Assembly (NCBI GenBank): GCA_963667015.2
Contig: CAXXJJ010000004.1
Span: 160,001-224,000, forward strand
DNA: 64,000 nucleotides
Source: Desulfatiglandales bacterium
GTDB taxonomy: Bacteria > Desulfobacterota > DSM-4660 > Desulfatiglandales > HGW-15
Direction of reading: 5' to 3'
Shown here in pieces: positions 30,696 to 41,322 of this stretch (position 1 is the first letter of the stretch; every line of letters begins with the position of its first letter). The position numbers and the translations under genes were made by a program. A model generated the notes under the pieces. The model was not told where the DNA came from and did not search any database. It saw nothing but the letters and a program-made list of their open reading frames with translations.

Positions 30696-31571
30696 TCACC
30701 TTACCAGTTCTACATCATCAGAAGCCACCCAGCAGGTGCGTGAATCTGAGAGTTCAACTTGGTACCAGTCACCCCGGTCTTCAATGAGCGTAAATTCGGT
30801 TCCTGCATGAATGGGGTCTTTAAAGCTGGGTTCATAGGTCTCGCTGTTCCCCTTTCTTGCGGTTGTTTCTGAGCTTATTATTACACCCGGTCTTATCTTT
30901 TTAAGAATATATTCCTCTGCTATAAGCGAACCTGAAAACAGGATGGAGATCACGGCTGAAGCGGTTATACACCAGAACAGAAACGGTCTCTTAAAAAATA
31001 TTCGAAAACCGGCAGATATCCATACAACTGCAAAGAATATTGTAAACAGCATTATCCTGGTTTTCACCGAAAGGTCATAATGCCAGAAAAACAGGGTCTT
31101 CAATACCTTTGTTTCCTGTTTTTCATCTATTTTATCTATACGTTTTTCTCTTGCATACTTAAGATTCTGTTTCAGGTTGCTGTCGTTTGGTATGTACTGT
31201 TCTGCGCGGCGGTAGTTGAGTATTGCTCTGCCTATATCATTCATTCTGAAATAGATATTACCTAGGTTGTAATATATCATGCCGTTTCTTATGCCGCCTT
31301 CCTTAATAAGACGCTCATAACGCATGGCAGATTTTTTATAGAGAGACATGGCCTCATCTGGGGTTACCGATTTACTGTTTGCCTGTCTGAATAATTCCTT
31401 TGCCTGACTGTAGAGGTCCGATATTGCGGTTTCGTCAAGCTCCTCTGCATTTAATTTACTGCTTGCTGCCCCGGATAAAAGGACGGCGCAGATAATAAGT
31501 ATCCATATAGAGGAAGAGATATTTATTTTCATTAATTTCTTCATTATGAATCTGACTACTATCTCTGCCAT
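30696..31571 (-). CDS. BatE-like TPR + SH3 membrane protein
   Basis: YYNLGN.YF....IG.AILNYRRA, TM segments, C-terminal SH3-like GTEF.L.E....W; start uncertain. Confidence 0.8.
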   Translation of the reverse strand: MAEIVVRFIMKKLMKINISSSIWILIICAVLLSGAASSKLNAEELDETAISDLYSQAKELFRQANSKSVTPDEAMSLYKKSAMRYERLIKEGGIRNGMIYYNLGNIYFRMNDIGRAILNYRRAEQYIPNDSNLKQNLKYAREKRIDKIDEKQETKVLKTLFFWHYDLSVKTRIMLFTIFFAVVWISAGFRIFFKRPFLFWCITASAVISILFSGSLIAEEYILKKIRPGVIISSETTARKGNSETYEPSFKDPIHAGTEFTLIEDRGDWYQVELSDSRTCWVASDDVELVR

Positions 31572-31572
31572 T

Positions 31573-33426
31573 TTATTTAAGCCTCTTTTCAAGATCAGCC
31601 GCGATACCTGCAGCCCTGTTGATAAGTGAAGAACTGTCCTTAAAGGTGATATTCCCCGCATATCTTCCGGCCTCACAGGATCCAAACAGTTCCTTTAATT
31701 TTTCTATAATATCCTGGTCAATCCCGAATGATTCAAGTCTTTGCCTTGCATCGCTAAAGGTGATTGCACCACCTGAAGGCAGGCGCAGCTTGACACCAAG
31801 ATACTCCCGAAAGATATCCAGAACCATCTCGCAGGCCCGGTCCGGAGAAGCGCTTTCAGTGTCCTTCAGGGCCTTCTGAAGCCTTCCGAATGCCTTTCTT
31901 GATAATACCTTTTGAGGGTCATCATTCCTTTTTCTATTAATGGTAATACCGGCAAAAAGGATTAAAAAAAGCAAGGGCGTGCCAAAAACGAGAAATGGCC
32001 ACGAACCTGCCTTGAAACATGCAAGAGGTGTAAGATACTGTTTTTCAAGTACAGACATATCTTCATAGTTAAATGCGATTCCTTTTCCCCATGTTTCAAT
32101 ATCGTTTCCGACAACAGGCGTTTCCGATGTCCCTTCCGCGTCCAGTAGAGTAAGAACCTTTGTTTCCTTAACTGACAATGGAATGGGTTCCGATTTAGCT
32201 ATCCTGTACTCTTTCTTTTCCGTATCAAAATAAGGCAATTCAACCGGAGGTATTTCTTTAACTCCGGAATTTAAAGGTCTTATGGTCTGGGTAAATATTT
32301 TGCTCTCACCTTTAATTTCGGCGCTTGCCCTTTCTTCAGGGATCTTGAATCGATCTTTAAACGCCGGCTGGGCATTCAGGGGCGGTAATTCAACATGCTC
32401 AAGGTATTCCGGACCTTTAACCGTTACAGTAAGGGTTATGGGGTCTCCCACATTAACCTTGAGAGGGGAGGCAATGGTTTCAACTTTATAGTTTCCTATA
32501 TGCCCCTTGAAGTTGGCAGGCCTGCCTTCCTGAGGAAGTTCAAGCGCCTTCAGCGTAAGATTATTTGATGGAGCTACTACTGTTTTATATACTGCCCTGC
32601 GTGAAGATCCAAAAAAATCATCATCAAAAAATTTGGAAAATGGGTCATTGGATTTTCTGGAATAGCCGGCCTGGGCACTGCATGTCACTGTTGCCTGTTC
32701 AATAGGGATTGTTCCTGATTCAACAGGAAATAATATCTTTTTAAAGGATATGTTAGTGTATATTTTTCCATCAAGCTCTTCCTGCCCCTCTTCTCCTATG
32801 ACTTCGGTGCCGCCCAATGGGATACGATAAAGCTTTTTTCCTGAGTTTTTATTTATTTCAGGGTCTGCAAATTCAAAACGCTTATCCTGAAGAACCGGCA
32901 GGTTGAAATTAAAATTGCTTACATTCTTTCTAATATACCATGTAACAGTGAGTGTTACTGGTTCTCCCACATAGCAGGTTTCTTTTGATAACCTGAGCCT
33001 AAGCTTAAAATCATCTGATTCAACCGGTTTTCTTGCAATAATTGCAAGGGAATTGGTCCGTGCAGTTTCATTTCCTGATTTTATTGTTATAGAAGGAATT
33101 TCAAAGGTTCCTACCTTTTCCGCTGTAAGCTGGTAACTGAAGATATATCCCTTCCTTTCATTCTTCGTCATCTTCCCGTTAATTATTGTTATGGATGAAC
33201 TGCTGTTCTGGGAACCTCCCAGGAAGTCTACTCTAAAGTCTTTAAGGCCGGACAGATCAGGCTGTTCCGGATTTTCACTTCCTGAAACCTGAATCTGAAA
33301 TGCAAAGGTTTCGCCTGCATATACTTCCATATTCTCTACTACAGCAGTTGCGCTTAGATCAGCTGCATTGGATGGTGTGCATGCAAAAAAAATAATAATT
33401 AGAGATAGGATTATTCTAAAAAACAT
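31573..33426 (-). CDS. BatD-like protein
   Basis: Signal peptide, Ig-like repeats (V..GE.F...I.V; SSSITIING), G.IG.Y, C-terminal TM; Bat operon context. Confidence 0.85.
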   Translation of the reverse strand: MFFRIILSLIIIFFACTPSNAADLSATAVVENMEVYAGETFAFQIQVSGSENPEQPDLSGLKDFRVDFLGGSQNSSSSITIINGKMTKNERKGYIFSYQLTAEKVGTFEIPSITIKSGNETARTNSLAIIARKPVESDDFKLRLRLSKETCYVGEPVTLTVTWYIRKNVSNFNFNLPVLQDKRFEFADPEINKNSGKKLYRIPLGGTEVIGEEGQEELDGKIYTNISFKKILFPVESGTIPIEQATVTCSAQAGYSRKSNDPFSKFFDDDFFGSSRRAVYKTVVAPSNNLTLKALELPQEGRPANFKGHIGNYKVETIASPLKVNVGDPITLTVTVKGPEYLEHVELPPLNAQPAFKDRFKIPEERASAEIKGESKIFTQTIRPLNSGVKEIPPVELPYFDTEKKEYRIAKSEPIPLSVKETKVLTLLDAEGTSETPVVGNDIETWGKGIAFNYEDMSVLEKQYLTPLACFKAGSWPFLVFGTPLLFLILFAGITINRKRNDDPQKVLSRKAFGRLQKALKDTESASPDRACEMVLDIFREYLGVKLRLPSGGAITFSDARQRLESFGIDQDIIEKLKELFGSCEAGRYAGNITFKDSSSLINRAAGIAADLEKRLK

Positions 33427-34583
33427 TACCAGTCCTTTTCTACTTCTTTGAAACCAAATGGTTTAATCAACTGTCGCTGTTTTCTGTTTTCTTTTTCTTC
33501 GTCAAGTATGTCCTGGGCATCCTCGTTTGCCTCCAGCATTTCAGCCTGTTCTTCTTCCTGTGCTTTATTCTGATCTTCCGAAGGCTCCTGTTTTTTCTGT
33601 TGGTCCTGGTCTTTATCCTGACCCTGCTGCCCCTGTTGATTCTCCTGATCGTCCTCTTTCTGCTGGCCGCCCTGTTGTTTTTTCTGATCCTGATCGGGTG
33701 GAGTGAGAGCGTCTTTTAGTTCCTTTACAGCGTTCTCCTGGTTTTTCTCAGCCATGGATTCAACCGAATTTCTCAGGTTGCCTTCAGCCGCCTCCTGTTC
33801 CTTTACTGCATTGTTAAGATGAGTCAGGGCAGGGTTATCTCCTCCCTGATCCTGCTGTGAAGACTGAGTTTTTATTCTATCGGCCAGTTTCTGTGTATCA
33901 TCGGCTATTGCCTTCTGTTCATCTGCAAGCTGATCAAACTTTTTTTTCTTTTCATCAGGCTTTATCCGGCTTTCGGATATCTGCCTGTTTTTTTCAAGGG
34001 CGGCTTCCTGTCTTTTAATGAGTTTTTGCAGATCTTCCGCATTTTCCTTTGCCTGCTGCTCCTGCTGTTTTGCCTCTTCTTCCTTCTTTTTGATCTCGTC
34101 CAGTATATTTTTCATATAAAGACGCACGATCTCTATGTTTTCTGCAGCATATTTAAATTCCGGATTAAGCTTTAATGAATCCTGATAATGAATCACACTT
34201 TTCTGACACTGTTCAAGTGCTTTTTTAAGATCGCTGTCCATCTGCCTTTCAGCTTCACGAAATGCGCAGTTACCAAGATTAAACCTGCTTTTAGATTCCA
34301 TCTCCGGATCTTTGCTCTTTAATGCGGCCTTTTCAAATTCCTCTATAGCGGCATTGTAATCTCCCTTTTTATACAGGGCAGTACCTTTATTAAAATATAT
34401 GTAGGGTGATTCAGGATTTTCTACCGCCGCTTCATCATAATCCTTTATAGCCCCTTCATAGTCGCCTGCAAGCCATGATTTATTACCCCTGTCAATCACT
34501 GAAGCGGCTGAGCCTGCAAAGGCGTTATTGTAAATAAAAAAAGCAGCACATATAACTGTAATTAAAGAAAATCTTTTAAGCAT
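33426..34583 (-). CDS. BatC-like TPR protein with Q-rich tail
   Basis: Signal peptide, TPR motifs (YFNKGTALY, FNLGN), Q/E-rich region, terminal EKDW. Confidence 0.85.
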   Translation of the reverse strand: MLKRFSLITVICAAFFIYNNAFAGSAASVIDRGNKSWLAGDYEGAIKDYDEAAVENPESPYIYFNKGTALYKKGDYNAAIEEFEKAALKSKDPEMESKSRFNLGNCAFREAERQMDSDLKKALEQCQKSVIHYQDSLKLNPEFKYAAENIEIVRLYMKNILDEIKKKEEEAKQQEQQAKENAEDLQKLIKRQEAALEKNRQISESRIKPDEKKKKFDQLADEQKAIADDTQKLADRIKTQSSQQDQGGDNPALTHLNNAVKEQEAAEGNLRNSVESMAEKNQENAVKELKDALTPPDQDQKKQQGGQQKEDDQENQQGQQGQDKDQDQQKKQEPSEDQNKAQEEEQAEMLEANEDAQDILDEEKENRKQRQLIKPFGFKEVEKDW

Positions 34584-35604
34584 TTCTGCCCTCTTTTTTT
34601 CTGTCCGATAAAACAAATTCCAGGCAGGCAAGGAAAAAAGCAATGCTAAGAAAAATCTGGAATTTTTCTTCATAACGTTTGATGGTCTCAGATTCCAGTT
34701 CCTTTTTATCTGCCCCGGCTATAAGCTGCCTGTAAACGACTCCGAGATCAATGGCACCTGTAGCAACATTAAAATATTTACCCCCCGGTGTAACATTCAC
34801 CATCTTTCTCAGGGTGTCTGCATCCAGTCTGGTCCAGACCTCTTTGCCATTATACTTGAGAAATGTCTTTTCACCCTTTTCATTGATAATCGGGATTCGT
34901 TTTCCCTCGTTTTCATCTCCAAGACCTATGGCAATCAGTCTCATCCCTTTCTCTCCGGCCTTTTTTGCGGCCTCAACCGGAAAGCTGTCATGGTCCTCTC
35001 CATCTGTTATGAGAACGATATCCTTGTACTCCTTTGCCTGGTCATCAAAGACATTATCAAGAAGCAGCCTGATGGCATCACCCATCATTGTTCCGCCCCT
35101 GGCTATGCTGTCCGTGTCTATTGACTTTAACATCATCTTGAAAAAGCCGTAGTCCTGGGTTAATGGGCATTTGATAGCAGCGGTTCCTGCAAAGGCAACA
35201 AGGGCCACCCTGTCACCAAGGAGCTGATCAACACAGTCGCTGATTGCAAGCTTTGCCCGTTCAAGGCGGTTTGGAACAAGGTCTTCTGCCAGCATGCTTT
35301 TTGAGACATCAAGGAGAAAGACAATATCCCTTCCTTTTCTTTCTATTTTTTCAGGTTTGGGATTCCATGAAGGTCTTGTAAGGGCAAAGATAATAAAGGC
35401 GAGGGAAACTATTATAAGGATTGCCTTGAAATATTTTTTTGATTTATCGGTTGATATATATATACGATCGATAAGACCTGCTTCTATAAAGAGCTCCAGC
35501 GCCTTTTTCTTTTTTGACCATCCATACATGAATATTGCAGACACTGCCGGAAGCACCCATAAAAGATGCAGCATATAGATATTCTGAAGTATAATCCCGT
35601 TCAT
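34576..35604 (-). CDS. BatB-like von Willebrand factor A domain protein
   Basis: DVSKSMLAED..PNRLERAK, PLT.D, ITDGED. Confidence 0.88.
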   Translation of the reverse strand: MNGIILQNIYMLHLLWVLPAVSAIFMYGWSKKKKALELFIEAGLIDRIYISTDKSKKYFKAILIIVSLAFIIFALTRPSWNPKPEKIERKGRDIVFLLDVSKSMLAEDLVPNRLERAKLAISDCVDQLLGDRVALVAFAGTAAIKCPLTQDYGFFKMMLKSIDTDSIARGGTMMGDAIRLLLDNVFDDQAKEYKDIVLITDGEDHDSFPVEAAKKAGEKGMRLIAIGLGDENEGKRIPIINEKGEKTFLKYNGKEVWTRLDADTLRKMVNVTPGGKYFNVATGAIDLGVVYRQLIAGADKKELESETIKRYEEKFQIFLSIAFFLACLEFVLSDRKKEGRNA

Positions 35605-36656
35605 GGTATTCTCCTGAAAACAGTGTTTCTTAATATGACCTCACATATTATCAGCAGAAATCCGGATAAAGCCAGCCATAGAAAGGATTCCCTGTAGTCA
35701 ACAAAGCGTATGGACTCTATTTCGCTTTTTTCCATGGAGTCTATTTCTTTATATATATCTATAAGTGATTCAGTGTTGTCTGCCTCACGGAAAAACCCTC
35801 CTGTCTTTTGGGCAATTTCCCTGAGGGTGGATGTATCCACCCTCTGCCTTGATGGAACCTTGTAGGTCCCAAAGGGTGTCTGGATGGATGTGACTGCCTC
35901 ACCGCCGCCAATGGCAATTGCATATATTTTTATTCCCCATTCCCTTGCAAGTTCTGCAGCTTCAAGGGGGGAGCGTTTTCCGGCATTGTTTTCACCATCC
36001 GAAAGAAGCACTATTACCTTGCTTTTTATTTCATATTTACCTGCGGTATCCTTTTCATCCCTGAGGGTATCTTCCGCCTTTTTTAAACGGGCGGCTGCAA
36101 GGGCCACGGCATCACCGATGGCGGTTCCATCATCCTCCCTTGTAGTAACAAGGTTGACGTTCTTTAAAAAGGCAGGGAGTGCCCCATGGGCAAGGGTAAG
36201 CGGGCATATGGTATCCGGATATCTTGCAAACACTATCATGCCGATCAGGTCATTGGGCCTGCCGTCAAGATCATCGCTTCCTCCCATTACAAAATCTTCA
36301 AATACTTTTTTGACTACCTCCAGGCGGTTGAGATTTTTTCCCCTGTATTCCTGCTCTGCACCCATGCTGCTGGAGCGGTCAACAACCATCTCTATTGCAA
36401 CTCCCCTGCTTACCTCTCTTATCTGTTCCCTGCCTGTCTGGGGGCGGGCAAGGGCAGTAATAAGGAGTATAAGGGCCGCAATGCGGATTATATCCGGTAA
36501 TCTTATAAATTTTTGCCTGAATGATTTTGTTGCCTTTGCAGCATTTCCCACAGAGGAAAATCTTATGCTTCCTCTCCTTGTCCTGAAAAAATTAAAATAT
36601 ATCAGGACGGGCAGTATGAGTAATAAAAGAAATGCCAGCGGTGATTCAAAGTGCAT
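35601..36656 (-). CDS. BatA-like von Willebrand factor A domain protein
   Basis: M.FE.P..., ALARPQ, DRSSSM, GTAIGDA, LSDGENN.G. Confidence 0.88.
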   Translation of the reverse strand: MHFESPLAFLLLLILPVLIYFNFFRTRRGSIRFSSVGNAAKATKSFRQKFIRLPDIIRIAALILLITALARPQTGREQIREVSRGVAIEMVVDRSSSMGAEQEYRGKNLNRLEVVKKVFEDFVMGGSDDLDGRPNDLIGMIVFARYPDTICPLTLAHGALPAFLKNVNLVTTREDDGTAIGDAVALAAARLKKAEDTLRDEKDTAGKYEIKSKVIVLLSDGENNAGKRSPLEAAELAREWGIKIYAIAIGGGEAVTSIQTPFGTYKVPSRQRVDTSTLREIAQKTGGFFREADNTESLIDIYKEIDSMEKSEIESIRFVDYRESFLWLALSGFLLIICEVILRNTVFRRIP

Positions 36657-36662
36657 GATAAT

Positions 36663-37679
36663 CTAGTCCTGTTCCTCTGTTCCTTTGATAAATGCCTTGC
36701 AGCTGTCAAAGCTCTTTTGAATGTCTTCAGCCCCGGGTTCAAACCTTGCAAATTTTACAAGGTCGCAGTGCCTTAAAAAATCCCTTAAAAGAGGTTTATA
36801 TTCAGATGGAAATTCATCTGCATTTTCAAGTCCTGTCAGAAATTCTTCTGTAGTCTGCTCCGGGGCACGCAGGCCAAACCTGTTTTCAATATACCTTCTT
36901 ACAATGGCCGACAGCCTCAGATAAAACTGCTTGATGTCGCCGCTGTCTATAAGGTTTTCATCTACCAGTTCCCTGAGTTCATTATAGGCAATTTCATGTG
37001 CCTTCAGCCTTGTCTCAATAGTGCCCCTGTTGCTTAATCGACGCCGGTAATAGATGTATCCTCCGGCAAGTATTACTATTAAAAATATCCCAACGCTGCC
37101 GTATATCCAGATCATATATGACCTGGGATAGGGCAGGGGAGGCAGGATATCGTGTAACTTAAGGTCCTTCATATCTTCAGGTAATAATGAAATGACCTTA
37201 ATCGTTATCTCGGGAGTTTCAATAAAATGTTTACCGGTTTCCTTTTCATCCTTTTTGAAAAACAAGATCTTCATGGGTGTTATTGTATAATCACCTGAAA
37301 GAAAAGGCTCCAGTATATAGGTTCGCTTTATCAGCTTTCTGTTGTTACCTTTAAGTTCCGGCTGCGTGTTGTGATAATCCACTATACCGAACTGTTCCAG
37401 TTTGTCTCCGAATGCGGGCAGTTCAACCTCGTAATCCTCTTCTATATCAACGCTGATAGACAGGTTTACCCTCTGGGCTATTGTGATCTCCTTTTTATCC
37501 GCTTCTATGATGACATGGGCAGGACCCCTTTCAACTGATTCCTCTATCTTTTCCGTGTTCTTATTATCTGATATCTGGTCTGCCTTGTCTCTTTTGCATG
37601 AAGAAAAAAACAGAAGCGCCAGAGACAGAGCAAATATCAGGATTGATATTCTGTTTTTATATGATATTGAGATCGTCAT
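36663..37679 (-). CDS. Bat-operon accessory membrane/lipoprotein (DUF4381-like C-terminus)
   Basis: Lipobox-like FFSSC, LHDI.PP, TM, R.YIE.RF...A.EQTT.E, DLVKFA. Confidence 0.75.
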   Translation of the reverse strand: MTISISYKNRISILIFALSLALLFFSSCKRDKADQISDNKNTEKIEESVERGPAHVIIEADKKEITIAQRVNLSISVDIEEDYEVELPAFGDKLEQFGIVDYHNTQPELKGNNRKLIKRTYILEPFLSGDYTITPMKILFFKKDEKETGKHFIETPEITIKVISLLPEDMKDLKLHDILPPLPYPRSYMIWIYGSVGIFLIVILAGGYIYYRRRLSNRGTIETRLKAHEIAYNELRELVDENLIDSGDIKQFYLRLSAIVRRYIENRFGLRAPEQTTEEFLTGLENADEFPSEYKPLLRDFLRHCDLVKFARFEPGAEDIQKSFDSCKAFIKGTEEQD

Positions 37680-37689
37680 AATAGTCTGT

Positions 37690-38805
37690 TTATTTCTTTT
37701 TACTGGTTTCTGCAGATGATAACGCCGTGTTATGTACCACCACATTATATTTTTTCCTGAGCTGGGAAAGCAGGTTCGTCTGAACGTCTTTTTCTTTCTC
37801 TGACATAAGATCCAGGGTTGCTTTATCCCTGACCTCATCAAATTCAAGCTGGCGCTCAGTATCATCCTTTTCTTTTTTTACGTATTTATTCTTATTTGCC
37901 TCATAATAGTTTTTCACATCGGTTTCCGTTACCTTTATTTCATCTTTATAGGCATTCTCAAGAACCTTTGAGGCAAGAAGGTTTCTTTCCATTTCCTTTA
38001 TGGAATCCTTTACCTGAGGAGTCTCGGCAAGCCTGTCCTCTCGCGCCTTTCTGTACAGCATTTCCTCTATAATATACTGTTCAAGGAACATTCTCCTCCC
38101 GTTTTCTGATGAATACTGTTTGAGGAGGTTTTCCTTTTCGCGGTTGATCCGGTCAGGGGGCAGATATCTTGAAAGACCGCTTATCCTGGATTCGATGAGG
38201 TCCTCTATCTTTTTATCAAGTTCTTCCCGGGTAATTTTATATGAGCCGATCTCTGCAACTATTCTCTGCCCTGATCCCGGAGTTATGCTTTTGTTATTAT
38301 CAGCACCCAGGGTTTCTCCAACCCTGTCTCCCAGCTCATAACGCAGCGCCGCAAACCTGCCGGCTGATTCAAGGCACTCCTGTATTCTCCTGTTTATCTC
38401 ATTCCTGATATCATCAGGTCTTGAAAAGCTTTCGGAACGGTAAAATGCATCAAGGGCATTATCAAAATCCCCTTTCTCCTGATATATCTTTCCTATCCTG
38501 TACCAAATCTTTGCTGTTTCATCACCATTGAGAACTGCAGAAGAGAGGTACTCCTTCCATGCATCTATTGCCTGGCGGCCCAGTTCCTGTTTTTCAAGTT
38601 TCAGGGCCAGATCTTTCAGCTCTTTCTCAGACGGTGTAAGACCTCTCACTGCCCCTGTTATCTCTGACTTTTCCCTTAAGAGCGCTATGGTGTTCAGGGC
38701 TGATAAGATTAAAAGAACAGCCAGAAGAATATATACCGGTTTCATTGACAACCTGCTTATTTTTTTTCCTGTCTCAGGAATATTGAAATCAAGCTCCTTT
38801 GACAT
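37690..38805 (-). CDS. Membrane-anchored TPR protein with SurA/PrsA-N-like chaperone domain
   Basis: TM, TPR, then VAEIG..KIT.EEL...LEQ.I.EE.LY.KA...VTE.DVK.YYE.N...FDEV; no clear rotamase core. Confidence 0.7.
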   Translation of the reverse strand: MSKELDFNIPETGKKISRLSMKPVYILLAVLLILSALNTIALLREKSEITGAVRGLTPSEKELKDLALKLEKQELGRQAIDAWKEYLSSAVLNGDETAKIWYRIGKIYQEKGDFDNALDAFYRSESFSRPDDIRNEINRRIQECLESAGRFAALRYELGDRVGETLGADNNKSITPGSGQRIVAEIGSYKITREELDKKIEDLIESRISGLSRYLPPDRINREKENLLKQYSSENGRRMFLEQYIIEEMLYRKAREDRLAETPQVKDSIKEMERNLLASKVLENAYKDEIKVTETDVKNYYEANKNKYVKKEKDDTERQLEFDEVRDKATLDLMSEKEKDVQTNLLSQLRKKYNVVVHNTALSSAETSKKK

Positions 38806-38813
38806 TCTCGTCT

Positions 38814-39689
38814 TTACCTCCTTCTCTCCCTGTTCCTGAAAAATTTTACAAGATCAAAGACATAGTCTTCACCTGTCCTGATATCTATATGATCGATGTC
38901 CATGGACCTGAAAAGCCTTTTTAATCCGTCCAGCCTTGCTCCCCCAAGCTGTTCATATTTTTTTCTAAAGGAAGCGCTTCCAGTATCAATAATAACCATC
39001 TCACCTGTTTCCGCATCTTCAAGCTGGATAAGCCCCACATCTGGCATGCTGACTTCCCGGGGGTCTGTAATTGATACTGCGATCAGGTCATGTCGTTTTC
39101 CAAGTATTCGTAGCTGTTTTTCAAAACCTTCACTCTGAAAATCCGAAACCAGGAATACGACACTCTTTTTATGCAGTACACGTCCAAGGTAATCCATTCC
39201 CGCGACAAGATCCGTCTTTCCCTTTTCAGGCTTAAAATTAAGAAGTTCCCTGATAAGCCTCAGCACATGGGTTGTTCCCTTTTCAGGGGGAATGAACATT
39301 TCAACCTGGTCGGTAAAGACTATCAGGCCGACTTTGTCATTGTTCTTGATTGCAGAAAAAGCAAGCAAAGCGCACATCTCGGCAGCCGCCTCGTTTTTTA
39401 TCTGCCTTGTGCTTCCGAATGCACCTGATGCTGACAGATCCACAAGGAACATTACTGTAAGCTCCCTTTCCTCCTTAAAGAGTTTTACATAGGGATCTCC
39501 TGTTCGGGCGGTCACATTCCAGTCTATGGTGCGGATATCGTCTCCTATCTGATATTCTCGCACCTCCTGGAACTCCATGCCTCTTCCCTTGAAAAGGCTT
39601 TCATATTCACCAGCCAGGCTGTCGTTTACAGCCTTGCTTGTGTATATCTGGATATACCTTATCTTTTTTGCCAGTTCACCGGGTATCAT
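38814..39689 (-). CDS. DUF58 family protein
   Basis: G.GMEF.EVREY..GDD.R.IDWNVTAR, EERE, SDF. Confidence 0.92.
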   Translation of the reverse strand: MIPGELAKKIRYIQIYTSKAVNDSLAGEYESLFKGRGMEFQEVREYQIGDDIRTIDWNVTARTGDPYVKLFKEERELTVMFLVDLSASGAFGSTRQIKNEAAAEMCALLAFSAIKNNDKVGLIVFTDQVEMFIPPEKGTTHVLRLIRELLNFKPEKGKTDLVAGMDYLGRVLHKKSVVFLVSDFQSEGFEKQLRILGKRHDLIAVSITDPREVSMPDVGLIQLEDAETGEMVIIDTGSASFRKKYEQLGGARLDGLKRLFRSMDIDHIDIRTGEDYVFDLVKFFRNRERRR

Positions 39690-40675
39690 GGAACATCAAC
39701 TGTCTGTAAAATATGGTTGATAATATCTTCGGATTTCTTTTCCTCTGCCTCTGCCTCATATGTGAGTACAACCCTGTGACGAAGCACCTTCATTGCAACT
39801 GTCTTGACATCCTGCGGCGTTACATAGCCGCGTCCCTCCAGAAAGGCATTTGCCCTGGCGGCCATGGCAAGAAATATTGAGGCCCTTGGTGATGCCCCGT
39901 AACGGATATAATCGCTGATATCAAGACGGTATGCTTCGGGATTTCTGGTGGCTTCAATAATATCAATAATATATTCCTCGATTTTTTCATCCATGTATAT
40001 ATCATCTGCAAGAAGCCTGAGTCTTTTTACATCTTCCGGTGTTATTACAGGGTTTACCTCGATAGACGGAGATGTCCTGGCCATCCTTTTCAGTATCGTA
40101 TGTTCTTCGGATTTATTGGGATATGAGACCACCAGCTTTAACATGAACCTGTCAACCTGGGCCTCCGGAAGAGGGTATGTTCCTTCCTGTTCTATGGGAT
40201 TCTGGGTTGCCATTACCATAAAGGGATCGGGAAGCGGATAGCTTGTATCTCCAATTGTTACCTGTCTCTCCTGCATTGCCTCAAGAAGGGCGCTCTGTAC
40301 TTTTGCAGGTGCCCTGTTGATTTCATCAGCAAGTATGATATTCGCAAATATGGGCCCTTTTTTAGTGGTAAATTCACCGGTTTTCGGGTTATAGATAAGT
40401 GTTCCTATTACATCTGCGGGCAGCAGGTCCGGGGTAAACTGAAGTCTTCTAAAGGAAGCCTGGAGCATTTTTGACAGGGTTGTAATCGAAAGGGTCTTTG
40501 CCAGGCCCGGCACGCCTTCAATAAGGACGTGATTATTGCACAGCAGCGCCAGAATAAGACCGTCAATCAATTCATCCTGGCCTACAATAATCTTATGCAT
40601 TTCCGTTCTTATCTGCTGAATTAAAGGGCTCTCCTTTTCAACCCGTTCTCCAATCTGCTTGACATCAACTGCCAT
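39686..40675 (-). CDS. MoxR-family AAA+ ATPase
   Basis: EGVPGLAKT, QFTPDLLPAD, DEINRAPAKVQSALLE, ATQNPIEQEGTYPLPEAQ.DRF. Confidence 0.95.
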   Translation of the reverse strand: MAVDVKQIGERVEKESPLIQQIRTEMHKIIVGQDELIDGLILALLCNNHVLIEGVPGLAKTLSITTLSKMLQASFRRLQFTPDLLPADVIGTLIYNPKTGEFTTKKGPIFANIILADEINRAPAKVQSALLEAMQERQVTIGDTSYPLPDPFMVMATQNPIEQEGTYPLPEAQVDRFMLKLVVSYPNKSEEHTILKRMARTSPSIEVNPVITPEDVKRLRLLADDIYMDEKIEEYIIDIIEATRNPEAYRLDISDYIRYGASPRASIFLAMAARANAFLEGRGYVTPQDVKTVAMKVLRHRVVLTYEAEAEEKKSEDIINHILQTVDVP

Positions 40676-40973
40676 GTTCTCCTCCTCTTAAGTCCTCAAG
40701 GTATATAAAGAAATCTTTTTAATTATGCGGGGTTTTCCCGGATAAATGTCACTGATACAATTGACTTTACACCGGATATTAGACAAATAAACAGGATATT
40801 TGTTCCGAAATCTTTAAAATTTTTTCATGACTTTAAGGTTCATGTTTTGTTCTGTCAAGATGTTTTGGATAACTACTCCAAAGTCTGATTGCAGGATTTA
40901 AATCATTTTCTTTTTTTTGACGGCAAAAACTGCTATATAAACAGAAAATTTATTTTTAAGGGGATTGTTCCAG

Positions 40974-41309
40974 ATGAATATTGAAGGCGATCTTGTCCTG
41001 ATCTACTACAAGGATGAGCCGGGAGTATATGCAAGGATTGAACGAATTGAGGCAGATGTAAAAAAGGACTGGTATCGGGTAACGCTCCAGATGCTGACCA
41101 TCCCGCACCAGGTAATAACATGGATACTGAGGGAAGAATATATCAACGGTCAAATCTTTACCATGGGTGGCAACAGCATGCGTCTGGAAAAATTAGAGCG
41201 GCTTACATTTGAGGATGATACATATGAAGAAGAGCCGGAAGAATCAACAGAAGGTCAAAAAGGAGAGAAAAAAACCGCAAAAATAGTCCCCTTTAAAAGA
41301 AAAGACTGA
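40974..41309 (+). CDS. Hypothetical protein
   Basis: About 110-aa ORF with an SH3-like beta pattern and an acidic tail ending KIVPFKR. Confidence 0.7.
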   Translation: MNIEGDLVLIYYKDEPGVYARIERIEADVKKDWYRVTLQMLTIPHQVITWILREEYINGQIFTMGGNSMRLEKLERLTFEDDTYEEEPEESTEGQKGEKKTAKIVPFKRKD

Positions 41310-41322
41310 AAAGAATATTAAA

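Noticed and set aside
33480..33720. Repetitive DNA in the batC-like gene
   Set aside because: It reflects the Q/E/D-rich protein linker typical of BatC, not a DNA repeat element.
35884..36666. 260-aa plus-strand ORF
   Set aside because: Antisense shadow of batA with S/A/R-biased composition and no motifs.
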